NCBI GenBank assembly: GCA_944391375.1 | Contig: CALXTJ010000002.1 | Span: forward strand, 82 to 64,081 | Length of the DNA: 64,000 nucleotides | Direction: 5' to 3' | Origin: an uncultured Alphaproteobacteria bacterium | GTDB lineage: Bacteria; Pseudomonadota; Alphaproteobacteria; RF32; CAG-239 | Shown here: positions 47,372 through 56,224 of the stretch, piece by piece | Position numbering within the stretch: the stretch's first letter is position 1 | Layout of the letters: each line of letters begins with the position of its first letter | The notes under the pieces: generated by a model | What the model was told of the DNA's origin: nothing | Seen by the model: only the letters and a program-made list of their open reading frames with translations | The model's database searches: none | Made by a program: the position numbers and the translations under genes

Positions 47372-47496
47372 GGGATAGGGAAACCGCTCTCAAAGCGGAC
47401 AAAAACGGCGTATTTAATGACAAAATCGGACACTTTCGGACGGTTCCGGACACTTTCGGACATAATCGGACAGTTTCGGACACTTTCGGACTGGAC
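47372..47496 (+). repeat. conserved leader plus 7 phased 10-bp tandem units CGGACNNTTT, copy 3
   Basis: Units at 47427-47496: CGGACACTTT, CGGACGGTTC, CGGACACTTT, CGGACATAAT, CGGACAGTTT, CGGACACTTT, CGGACTGGAC. Confidence 0.7.
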
Positions 47497-47501
47497 ATTT
47501 T

Positions 47502-47532
47502 TTGTAAAAAAAGGCTATAAAAAAGCTATAAT
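47502..47532 (+). promoter_or_regulatory. sigma70-like promoter TTGTAA-N19-TATAAT, copy 2
   Basis: Identical to 42976-43006; lies 5 bp after the array. Confidence 0.45.
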
Positions 47533-47567
47533 CGTGAGAATTTGTGCAAACTACAAAATCTCACGAT
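47531..47567 (+). promoter_or_regulatory. perfect 9-bp inverted repeat ATCGTGAGA-N19-TCTCACGAT overlapping the -10/+1 region (operator-like)
   Basis: Read directly from the sequence. Only the left half-site is present in copy 1 (43005-43013). Confidence 0.4.
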
Positions 47568-47601
47568 TATATTTTAACTTAAACTAAAATTTTAACAACA
47601 A

Positions 47602-47632
47602 ATACCGAAGCTCATAACTTCGGTATTTTTTT
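47602..47632 (+). terminator. conserved stem-loop ATACCGAAG-CTCATAA-CTTCGGTAT plus T7, copy 2 (attenuator/terminator-like, directly before RBS of 47657)
   Basis: Perfect 9-bp stem plus T-run, between the promoter and the gene. Confidence 0.5.
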
Positions 47633-47656
47633 ATTTAAAAGAAAGGAAAATAAATC

Positions 47657-48379
47657 ATGACAAATAAAAAATATAATCCATTTGCGGATATGTATAACTT
47701 CAATGCCAACAGCAGTAACTGGGTGCAAAGGTTAGGATATAATGCGGATTTTTATAATAATCCGCTGGGCTATAACAGCTCTCCCACCCCCAGACCTTAT
47801 AAAATCGCCAGTAATGATATACCAGTGGTAAATAACAATAAAAAAGTTGATTACTCAGCTTATGGAGAGGGTTTTAGTAAAGAATTTATTGATAAGATGC
47901 TTGATGATAAACGTTTCAATAATATCATGAACAGTAGAGTAATAAATAACGAAGGTGGATACGTTAATCATCCTAATGATTTAGGAGGTGAAACAAAATA
48001 TGGGATTACTAGTAGATGGTATCCTAATGAAGATATAAAAAACCTAACAAGAGAAAGGGCTAATGCTATTTTATACAGAGACTATTGGCAAAAAACAAAT
48101 ATTCATCAACTTCCCGATGAATTTGCCGATATTGTTTTTGATGACAGCATTGTTCAAGGACAGCCAACAGCTATTAGAAATTTACAAAAAGCTTTGGGTG
48201 TTAATGATGATGGTATCATCGGTCCCAAAACATTAAAAGCATTTCAGCACCAAAATCACAATATTATACGAACAAAATTTATAAAAAATGTTAATGATGT
48301 TGAAAATGAAAATATAAAGAACAACCCTTCTCAAAAAGTTTTTGAAAAGGGTCATAGAAACAGATTTAACGCTTATTAG
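47657..48379 (+). CDS. cassette protein with conserved N-terminal module plus GH108-like lysozyme domain and PG_binding_3-like domain
   Basis: N-terminal 48 aa shared with 41623. GGYVNHPNDLGGETKYGIT resembles the GH108 signature (EGGYVNDPxDxGGxTxxGIT). C-terminal ...ALGVNDDGIIGPKT resembles a peptidoglycan-binding domain. Confidence 0.6.
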   Translation: MTNKKYNPFADMYNFNANSSNWVQRLGYNADFYNNPLGYNSSPTPRPYKIASNDIPVVNNNKKVDYSAYGEGFSKEFIDKMLDDKRFNNIMNSRVINNEGGYVNHPNDLGGETKYGITSRWYPNEDIKNLTRERANAILYRDYWQKTNIHQLPDEFADIVFDDSIVQGQPTAIRNLQKALGVNDDGIIGPKTLKAFQHQNHNIIRTKFIKNVNDVENENIKNNPSQKVFEKGHRNRFNAY

Positions 48380-48837
48380 TTTCTAGCTAATATTGACCTA
48401 ATTATAGTTGATATATAATTTTTTAGTGCTTCAGTTGTGGCGTATTCGCTATATAAATAAGGTGAAACGCCACAATTATTTTTACGGCAATAGTTAGTTT
48501 CATTATATACAAATAAATAGTTGTCATACATATAATTATCATACTGATTAAGGCGTTCCCTTGCTTCTCTGTCAGATAAATTATAGTATTCTGTTATAAT
48601 TATTTCACCTACATCTTTATAGCAATCTCTGGTTTTATGATGTAAATCAATTAAAAAGTTATAACATTTCATACTCCAAGTTTCAGGGCATGTTGTACTT
48701 TGTTTAGTAAATTCATCAGAACATTTTATAAAATCATCATCTAATTTATTTATAGAGGATGATATTTCAGCACTAACACTGGTTGCAGACATTAAAAAGC
48801 TCAAAAGAGAAATAATGTATATTTTTTTCATAATCAA
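48376..48837 (-). CDS. secreted Cys-rich periplasmic protein, convergent with GH108 gene (candidate immunity protein)
   Basis: Signal peptide MIMKKIYIISLLSFLMSATSVSA, 8 Cys residues, RBS AAGGA. Its stop overlaps the 47657 gene's stop. Confidence 0.4.
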   Translation of the reverse strand: MIMKKIYIISLLSFLMSATSVSAEISSSINKLDDDFIKCSDEFTKQSTTCPETWSMKCYNFLIDLHHKTRDCYKDVGEIIITEYYNLSDREARERLNQYDNYMYDNYLFVYNETNYCRKNNCGVSPYLYSEYATTEALKNYISTIIRSILARN

Positions 48838-48958
48838 TTATCCTTATGCATAAAACCGACGAAGAAAGTTTAGATTTAATCCATAATATAAGCAACAACT
48901 TTTATAGTTAAAGCACAAGAAAATAATATTTTAACTCAAACTAAAATTTTAACAACCA

Positions 48959-48989
48959 ATACCGAAGCTCATAACTTCGGTATTTTTTT
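48959..48989 (+). terminator. conserved stem-loop ATACCGAAG-CTCATAA-CTTCGGTAT plus T-run, copy 3, directly before RBS of portal gene
   Basis: Identical to the element at 47602. Preceded by the shared block TTAACTCAAACTAAAATTTTAACAACCAAT. Confidence 0.5.
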
Positions 48990-49008
48990 ATAATAAGAAA
49001 GGAAAATA

Positions 49009-50787
49009 ATGTTCGCATATACTCTTGAAAAAGAAAGCTTTATGTCAACGGGAAATCCCGATGATAAGCGGGCAGTAGTTCAAGATGTGGTGGATTTATT
49101 CACATCTTGGGATACTGTTCGTACCAAACAAAAAAATATTGCCGATAAGTTGCATTCGGAAATCTATCTGGATGACCGAAAAAAAACTTATGTCCCGGAA
49201 GATGACGAATGGAAATCGGATATCCATCTTAATAAAATCTATTCGTTATTCCAAACACATCAGGCCTACATTTGGGATAATATCTATTCTAATGTGGAAA
49301 ATATGTTTGATGTTGAAGGAATTGATGATCTTTCGGCACAAACGGCTTTGTTGCAAAAACAAAAACTGGTTAATACCTTTTATAATATCGGTATTCAACG
49401 CAAGCTGGATACCGCTATTGAGCATTTAGACAGTGTCGGTGAAATTTGTTTGTTTATCGGTTGGCAAAAAAAATATAAACAAATCCGCCGTCGTTTGGAT
49501 AAATTCAGCTCCTCTGCCGATAAGCCCTTGCTTACTCAAGGCTTGTTCGGGGTGTTTAATCAGGAAATTTATAACGGAGCCGATGTTGAGGCCATCAACC
49601 CGCTCAATTTGGTATTTGACCCCAGGGTTAATCCCGACGATAAGGAAAAATGGGATGCCTGTGGTAAAATTATTAAATCATGGGAAACTTATCAGTCGGT
49701 AGCTTCCAATAAATTGTATAATCTTAAAAAAGAAGAGCTTGATGATTTGCATAAAATGTTAAACTCTCCTTCCAAAGATGAAGATCGTTCGGAAACCGAT
49801 AAAACCGATGATGTGGTTGATAGCGATAGGGTTGAGGTTTTACAATATTGGGGGGATTATGTTACCCCCAAAGGCAATGTTTTAAAAAACTGGCATATCG
49901 TAGTTATCGGTCGTAAATATCTGGCGGTGTTTGAACCTAATCGCTGGGTAATTAACCCGATTATCAATATGGCTTTGTTTAGGGATATCAACAGTAAACG
50001 AGGTATTCCCGAATTATGGTCCATTTACGATATATGTAAGGAACAGGAAAATAAAGTAAACTTACAAAATGATGCTCAATCACTTAACCTAAATCCTCCG
50101 GCCTATGCTCCGGAGGGTTTTTTTAAGGAGGAAAAAGTAAAACTCTTCCCCGGTAAACAAGTGGAATACAAACAGGGTCTTGAAGATCCCGGAGCAATCA
50201 TCAAAATGCAGTTTCCGTTGTTCAGCAATGAAAATATTATTCAGTATTATGACAATACGGCTTCAAGCGTAAGCGGTATTTTTCCCAATATGCAGGGACA
50301 ACAGGAAATAAGCAAAGCCACGGCCACCGAAATAAGCATTAAGGTTCAGGGACAAACCACGCGTTTGGGTAAAACTTTGGATACCATCAAGCAAAATGTT
50401 ATTGTCCCGATGGTGCAAAAAGTTGCCGAACTTGAAGCTAATATGAAATTCGGCGATGAGGTTTTAAAGCTTAACATTTTGGGGTATCCGGTTACCAAAA
50501 CCATTGATGATGTGGTGCGTCAGGGCAATTATGAATATCGTTATACCGATAATACCGGTATTCAGAAAAAACTTAACACCAATCAAACGCTTATTCAGAT
50601 TTTTACGCAAATCTGGAATGATGAAAGCGTCCCCTTAAACAAACTGCAAATTGTTAAAGAAGTACTGCGTAATGCCGGCATAGAAAATACCGAAAAGTTT
50701 TTTCTAAGCCAAAATCAAATTCCGGCAGCCAATCAAAATACAGCGGCTGCCGGTGTCAACAATAATCTTTTACCCGTTCAAAAGTAG
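49009..50787 (+). CDS. putative phage portal (head-to-tail connector) protein
   Basis: 592-aa protein heading a module with scaffold-like and capsid-like genes in podovirus order. Assigned from size, position and composition only. Confidence 0.45.
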   Translation: MFAYTLEKESFMSTGNPDDKRAVVQDVVDLFTSWDTVRTKQKNIADKLHSEIYLDDRKKTYVPEDDEWKSDIHLNKIYSLFQTHQAYIWDNIYSNVENMFDVEGIDDLSAQTALLQKQKLVNTFYNIGIQRKLDTAIEHLDSVGEICLFIGWQKKYKQIRRRLDKFSSSADKPLLTQGLFGVFNQEIYNGADVEAINPLNLVFDPRVNPDDKEKWDACGKIIKSWETYQSVASNKLYNLKKEELDDLHKMLNSPSKDEDRSETDKTDDVVDSDRVEVLQYWGDYVTPKGNVLKNWHIVVIGRKYLAVFEPNRWVINPIINMALFRDINSKRGIPELWSIYDICKEQENKVNLQNDAQSLNLNPPAYAPEGFFKEEKVKLFPGKQVEYKQGLEDPGAIIKMQFPLFSNENIIQYYDNTASSVSGIFPNMQGQQEISKATATEISIKVQGQTTRLGKTLDTIKQNVIVPMVQKVAELEANMKFGDEVLKLNILGYPVTKTIDDVVRQGNYEYRYTDNTGIQKKLNTNQTLIQIFTQIWNDESVPLNKLQIVKEVLRNAGIENTEKFFLSQNQIPAANQNTAAAGVNNNLLPVQK

Positions 50788-50799
50788 AAAGTATTTATC

Positions 50800-51000
50800 G
50801 TGGATTTAATAGAACTTCGTGAACTGATGCGTTCCGAAAAGGGTCGGCTGTTGTTATGCTACCTTACGGATTTTATGGTTGAAGTTTCCACCCGCGGTAA
50901 TGCCAACGCCGAATGGATAAAAGGTATGGGCATGCTTATCAATCATTTAAAAGAAATTGATGAAATATGCCAAAAATTAAATGAAGAAAAAAGGAGATAA
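50800..51000 (+). CDS. small hypothetical phage protein
   Basis: Short ORF between the portal and scaffold genes; GTG start. Confidence 0.2.
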   Translation: MDLIELRELMRSEKGRLLLCYLTDFMVEVSTRGNANAEWIKGMGMLINHLKEIDEICQKLNEEKRR

Positions 51001-51002
51001 AA

Positions 51003-51992
51003 ATGACAATTAAAACTAAATCAACACCTTCACAGCGTTTGACGGATAACTCCTCTGATATATTTGTTGCGGATACCTCTCTAAAAGAGCCTGAAGCAGT
51101 ATATCAAGAGCCCGTAAGCGATGCTATGGAAGCTGATGTTAATGATAAAGCCTTGGAAGATGGCGGTCTTATCTTTGGTAAGTTTAAGACCATGGAAGAG
51201 GCTCAAAAAGGCTATAAAGAGGCGGAACGAGCCATCACGAGAGCCGCCGATTTGGAAAAAGAACTGCAAAACTACCAGTATCTTTCCAAAGCTTATGAAG
51301 AAGATGCCATAGCTAGGCAGAACGGTTATTCCGATCGTTTGGAAATGGCACTTAATCATGATGTAAAGCAACATGAACTTGACAGTTATGCCTTGGCGGC
51401 AAGCCATACATTACCGTATCAGGCTCAGTTGGAAGTTGCTCAATTGATAAATATGTGCCGTCTTGGCGGTACGGAAAAGGAATTCAACCTTTTACGGCAG
51501 TATTTTCCGCCGCAAGTGGTAGCATTGGTTTCCGAAGATGCGGCTTTATACAAAAATTCGCGTCAGGGCGAGTTTGATAATATCCGCAGTAACGATAAAG
51601 CCATTCGTTATGCTCGGAAATTGCATGAATTCCGCAATCAAAACGAGAGTTGGTTTGATTCTCCCTTAAAAGAAGACCTTATAAATCAGGCTCTGGAAGT
51701 CTCGGACGGCAGAGTAGATTTAAACGGGCTTAAAAAAATGGCCGATGCCGTAGTGGAAGAAGCTCTCAAAAAATATCAAACCGGTCAGGATACGGCGTAT
51801 CAAAATGCTCTGATGCAAGACAGTTTGCAAACTCCGGGCAATGATAACACGCGTATCAAAAACAAAAAATGGCTTACCAAGGATGAGTACTACAAACTCA
51901 CTCCGGCACAGGAAGCCGAAAAATATGATTTAATCGTGGAACAGGTTTTGCTTGAAAAACAAGGCAAGTTACCGCGTATGTTAACCAAATAA
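51003..51992 (+). CDS. putative capsid scaffolding/assembly protein
   Basis: Acidic, helix-rich, low-complexity 329-aa protein between portal and capsid. Confidence 0.4.
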   Translation: MTIKTKSTPSQRLTDNSSDIFVADTSLKEPEAVYQEPVSDAMEADVNDKALEDGGLIFGKFKTMEEAQKGYKEAERAITRAADLEKELQNYQYLSKAYEEDAIARQNGYSDRLEMALNHDVKQHELDSYALAASHTLPYQAQLEVAQLINMCRLGGTEKEFNLLRQYFPPQVVALVSEDAALYKNSRQGEFDNIRSNDKAIRYARKLHEFRNQNESWFDSPLKEDLINQALEVSDGRVDLNGLKKMADAVVEEALKKYQTGQDTAYQNALMQDSLQTPGNDNTRIKNKKWLTKDEYYKLTPAQEAEKYDLIVEQVLLEKQGKLPRMLTK

Positions 51993-52016
51993 TTTAATTT
52001 TTGAAAGGAAAAAACT

Positions 52017-52955
52017 ATGTCAACAAATGCAGAAACTTTAAACAGACAATTATCCGCCATTATTCCCGAAGTATGGAGTATGTCTTTAACCAAAGGTTTG
52101 GATAAATCCGGTGTGGGAATGAAGGTAGTTAATCGTATTCACGAAGCCGATACTCACGAATACGGCGATACCGTAAACATCGGTGAATTGGGTGATGTAA
52201 CTATTTCCGATTACTCGGAAGATGTATCCTCAGGCGGTGTAAATTACCAAAGAATTGATGCCAAAAATCAGCAATTAAAGCTTGATCAAAGCAAGGCTTT
52301 CGGTATTTTTGTTTCCGATATCAGCAACAAACAGGGCAACATTAAAGACTTGCAGTCTAAAATTGAAGCCAAAGCCAAAACGGCAATTGATTTGGCCAAA
52401 GATACCTATATTCTTTCGGCATTTTCGGAAATTCCTGAGGAAAACAAACTGGATAACATTACTTTAACTCCTGATAATGCTTATAAGTGCTTGGTATGGT
52501 TGTCTAAGACCTTAAAGAACAATAACGCCGTTCAACTTAAAAACGATCAGGTGTTTAAGTCCAATCAAGCCGGCGGCGATGCCATGCCGTATGTAATAAT
52601 CAATCCGGATGTTGAAGCAATTTTATTGCAATCACCCGATTTTATTCATGCTACCCAAGCCGGCGACAGAGTGTTGCGTGAGGGTTCAATCGGTACCATT
52701 GCCGGATTGGATGTTTTGGTATCCACCAACTTGCCGACAACCGAGAAAAAAGTCAACATTATGGCCGGTATCAATGATGCCATTGCCTTTGTGGGCAATA
52801 TTTCGCATATTGAAGCCATTCGTGATGAAAAATTCTTCGGCACCAATATCCGCGGCTTATATGTTTACGGTAAAAAAGTAGTTTTACCGAAAGCCTTAGC
52901 CGGTATGACGGTAGATGTAAGTGCTGCTGATTCCATTGTGGAAGCTGCAGCTTAA
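52017..52955 (+). CDS. putative major capsid protein
   Basis: 312-aa protein after the scaffold, strong RBS, followed by a strong terminator hairpin. Assigned by position and size. Confidence 0.45.
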   Translation: MSTNAETLNRQLSAIIPEVWSMSLTKGLDKSGVGMKVVNRIHEADTHEYGDTVNIGELGDVTISDYSEDVSSGGVNYQRIDAKNQQLKLDQSKAFGIFVSDISNKQGNIKDLQSKIEAKAKTAIDLAKDTYILSAFSEIPEENKLDNITLTPDNAYKCLVWLSKTLKNNNAVQLKNDQVFKSNQAGGDAMPYVIINPDVEAILLQSPDFIHATQAGDRVLREGSIGTIAGLDVLVSTNLPTTEKKVNIMAGINDAIAFVGNISHIEAIRDEKFFGTNIRGLYVYGKKVVLPKALAGMTVDVSAADSIVEAAA

Positions 52956-52995
52956 CATTAAAATAGAGTCATATAAATCCTTTCGTTATAAAAAA

Positions 52996-53030
52996 CAGAG
53001 GACGCAATGTAAATTGCGTCCTCTGCTGGT
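52996..53030 (+). terminator. intrinsic terminator after capsid gene (CAGAGGACGCAAT-loop-ATTGCGTCCTCTG)
   Basis: 13-bp perfect stem with a weak T-run. Confidence 0.5.
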
Positions 53031-53062
53031 TTAAAGGAAAAATGTTTTGAGGAGAAATAAAA

Positions 53063-53293
53063 ATGGCATCGGAAATTGCAGATAAAGTTTTAGGCAAAAA
53101 GACCGATAACTTTACAAAAAACGATAAATATCTGACCGCCGATTGCATATGGCAGGTTTATAAAACCGGCTGTGGCAATAGCCGCGTCAACGGGTTAATG
53201 GCAGCCGAAATGCTAAGTCCGGAAGGTAAGAAAAAAGCCAGAAGAGGCATTAAAAAAATTACTGACAAAGACTTTGTTTTTGAGCGGCAATAA
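53063..53293 (+). CDS. small hypothetical phage protein
   Basis: ORF with RBS GAGGAG. Confidence 0.25.
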   Translation: MASEIADKVLGKKTDNFTKNDKYLTADCIWQVYKTGCGNSRVNGLMAAEMLSPEGKKKARRGIKKITDKDFVFERQ

Positions 53294-53308
53294 TAAAAAG
53301 GAGGAAAG

Positions 53309-53974
53309 ATGAAAACCTATTTTGATATTATACGCGATGTATCCAATTTAAGATGGTCGGTAGTTGATACCGATCCTTCATCTTTTGCGGAAGTTCAAAA
53401 AGCCGTAAAGTTAGCAATACAACAGGCTAATAGCTATATTTGGGGATTGGATAATTTTCCGTTTAAGGTAAAAAAAGAGGCTTTTAAGATTAACAAAGGG
53501 CAGTCGGCATTACCGGCACCTAAAGGCAGTATTGTTAATATTTGGCTTGATGGTTCCAATACATATTTGGAAGAAATCAGTCAGGAAAAAGCCGATTTTC
53601 TTTCGGGAGAAGAGAAGGGTAAGCCGGTGTGTTTTTGGATAGAATTCGGAGATGATGGCGCCGAAGTGCATTTTTATCCCAAGGCTTCCGAAGACTGCAC
53701 CATGTTAATCCGTTATATAACTAACTGTAAGGCCAGAGCCCAAGACGGCACTTTAAAAGCCAACTTATCGGATATGGACGATGTATTAAACTTGCCTGAC
53801 GACAGTGTGATAGAGGACTTGTTTTTGCATTGTTTAAATACCAAGGCAATGGAGTATTTAATTGCCGATACCAATGATGAAAACTATCAGCCCTATCAGA
53901 AAGAATTTGCGGAAGCTTATTCGTCGTTATTATGTTTTAGCGGGGTTAAGCATAATCCTCGTTTAATAGTTTAG
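53309..53974 (+). CDS. virion structural protein, possibly tail tubular/adaptor-like
   Basis: Size and position match T7 gp11-type proteins; only weak pattern similarity. Confidence 0.3.
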   Translation: MKTYFDIIRDVSNLRWSVVDTDPSSFAEVQKAVKLAIQQANSYIWGLDNFPFKVKKEAFKINKGQSALPAPKGSIVNIWLDGSNTYLEEISQEKADFLSGEEKGKPVCFWIEFGDDGAEVHFYPKASEDCTMLIRYITNCKARAQDGTLKANLSDMDDVLNLPDDSVIEDLFLHCLNTKAMEYLIADTNDENYQPYQKEFAEAYSSLLCFSGVKHNPRLIV

Positions 53975-53984
53975 GGAGGCGGCC

Positions 53985-55574
53985 ATGCTAAACACACTGT
54001 TTATTGATAATTTTCGGGGAATTCGCAAATTTAATCCGGTGGCAGATTTGCTATCAAGCGGAGTGGTTTCGGCCTTAAACTGTCAAAATGTAGAGCTTAC
54101 CAATACCGAACACAGTAAAAATTTAGCCATTTTTACGGCCAAAGGCAACAAAGCGGTTAAAGATATCGGGCAAAAAGTTGTCGGACAGTTTGAAAGTATT
54201 CAAAACGGGACATCTTATTGGTTTATATATGCCACGGACGATACAAGAGGGTATCTTTACACTTTGGGAACCGATAATGAGCTGACGCTTTTAGATGTAA
54301 ATTTATCGGTAAGTGATGATTGTAACGGTATTACCATTGCCCAAGGTTATAACGACTGGTTTGTATTTACCAACGGTGTGGATGATTATTTGGGAGTTTG
54401 TATGTCGCAAGCAGCTCCTGAAGACCGTATTAAATTTTTGAATGCAACCGATGCCGAAGGGCGAGATATCAGAGGCTTAGGGCTTGAAGTTCAGGACGGA
54501 AGATTGGTAACCTTTTGCCAAAATCGGGTTCATTGGTCAGGACAATCCAACATTTTTGACTGGATATCAAGCGATGAAGAGTTGCTTACGGCTCCGGCAT
54601 ATCAGGAGTTTGATCGTGATGTAACGGCCATTACTCTTTACAATGATATGTTGATAGCCTTTACCGATGAGTATTCCACTTATTTTAAGGGCAATCCCGG
54701 AGATGCAAGTACCTTCACCCGAGGCGGAGCTTCTGGCGGAGGGTGTCCGTCGTTTCGTTCGGTAATCAAGTTTGATAACAAGCTTTTTTATTACGATAAC
54801 AAAGCCAAAAATGTTTTTGCTTATTACTTAATGGACAGCGGACAAACGCGTCCGAGTGAAGGGCTTGCCAATAATGTCATTTCTTATTTTGAAGAAATTG
54901 ATGAAAGTAAATTAAATAAAATAGAAATGGTAAGTTATATCCACGGTAATAAAAGTGAGATATGGCTTAAATTTCCCTCAACAGAGAGGAATGTAATTTT
55001 AATTTACGATTATTTGAACGGCGAATGGTGTGAACGTGTTGCTCAAGCCGATATTCACGGATTAAGCCTGATAAAGGGCGGATTATATTCACTGTCCGGA
55101 ACTAAGGTCTTAAAAGAATATGTCGGTTCTACATTTGATGGGGAATATATACCTTCGGAATATAAGACCAACATCATCAACCTGCAAAGCGACAGTAACA
55201 TCAAAGTGCCGAAAATGCCTTTGATTTTAACCTTGGATTTTGACTGTGAAAACGACTTTTATATGGAGTTTATCTACGATGATATGCCTAAAAAAAGCCG
55301 CACATTTCATATTGTTAAAATGATGAAAGGTTACTTGATTTGGGCAAACTCTACAGCAGATGAAAAAGGCGGTCTTTGGAGTTTGGATGCATCAGATGAA
55401 AACGGCGGCATGTGGGTAAGTTCGGATAAAAACACCGTAATGTTTAACTTGGCGGGAGTTTTACCGTTTAAGCAGTTGCAGATACGAATTTTTACCAAAG
55501 ACAGTCCGCAAGAGTTTGCCGTTAAACGGCTGGAATTCAAACGCGTCGGCTTAAAAACCAAAAGCCTGGGTTAA
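53985..55574 (+). CDS. large virion structural protein (tail/nozzle-like)
   Basis: 529-aa protein in the structural gene run. Confidence 0.3.
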   Translation: MLNTLFIDNFRGIRKFNPVADLLSSGVVSALNCQNVELTNTEHSKNLAIFTAKGNKAVKDIGQKVVGQFESIQNGTSYWFIYATDDTRGYLYTLGTDNELTLLDVNLSVSDDCNGITIAQGYNDWFVFTNGVDDYLGVCMSQAAPEDRIKFLNATDAEGRDIRGLGLEVQDGRLVTFCQNRVHWSGQSNIFDWISSDEELLTAPAYQEFDRDVTAITLYNDMLIAFTDEYSTYFKGNPGDASTFTRGGASGGGCPSFRSVIKFDNKLFYYDNKAKNVFAYYLMDSGQTRPSEGLANNVISYFEEIDESKLNKIEMVSYIHGNKSEIWLKFPSTERNVILIYDYLNGEWCERVAQADIHGLSLIKGGLYSLSGTKVLKEYVGSTFDGEYIPSEYKTNIINLQSDSNIKVPKMPLILTLDFDCENDFYMEFIYDDMPKKSRTFHIVKMMKGYLIWANSTADEKGGLWSLDASDENGGMWVSSDKNTVMFNLAGVLPFKQLQIRIFTKDSPQEFAVKRLEFKRVGLKTKSLG

Positions 55575-55597
55575 TTTTAAATAAAGAGGAGGCAATA

Positions 55598-55810
55598 ATG
55601 AAAAAAAAGGCAACCGGCAAAGTAAGTTATCAGCCTTCGGAAAGTTTTGAGCAGTTAAACAAGCTACAAGAAATGGCAATTTCGCAAGAAAATGTAAGTT
55701 TGGCATTAAAAGCGGAAGAGCTCAAAGGCAAGCTTGCCGGATTGTATAGCGATAAAAAAGAGGCTGAAGAAGTTGATACGACGCCTCTTGAGATAAAAAT
55801 CATCAAATAG
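55598..55810 (+). CDS. small hypothetical phage protein
   Basis: ORF with RBS AGGAGG. Confidence 0.25.
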   Translation: MKKKATGKVSYQPSESFEQLNKLQEMAISQENVSLALKAEELKGKLAGLYSDKKEAEEVDTTPLEIKIIK

Positions 55811-55822
55811 GAGGTTGGTAAA

Positions 55823-56224
55823 ATGGTAGTTTTAATAGAAAAAGACAGTCCTTTTTTTGAAAGGCAGAAAGCCAAAGAGCTATTTGAAGCCAATCGGGAA
55901 AATTTGGATGATGAAAACGGGTTTGAGGGCATATTAGCCAACAGCCGTTTTTTTAATGTCTATCAACACGGTTATATCGGCTCCGGGTTTGTATATCAGG
56001 GAGCCGACGATAATCGCAATTATTTGGGTGGATATATGCTGCGAAAACATCATAAAGAAGCGGTGGAGGCCATTAAGCAAATCTGTTCGCTTTTTGATGA
56101 AGTTTACGCCCATACCCGCCATGTAAATGCGGTTATAGCCTTAAAACGAGCAGGTTTTAAGTGGTATGATCGCAACAAAAAATTGTTAGTTAAGAAAAAC
56201 AAAATCAAGAAAGGAGAAAAATAA
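55823..56224 (+). CDS. hypothetical phage protein
   Basis: ORF with RBS GGAGG. Confidence 0.3.
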   Translation: MVVLIEKDSPFFERQKAKELFEANRENLDDENGFEGILANSRFFNVYQHGYIGSGFVYQGADDNRNYLGGYMLRKHHKEAVEAIKQICSLFDEVYAHTRHVNAVIALKRAGFKWYDRNKKLLVKKNKIKKGEK

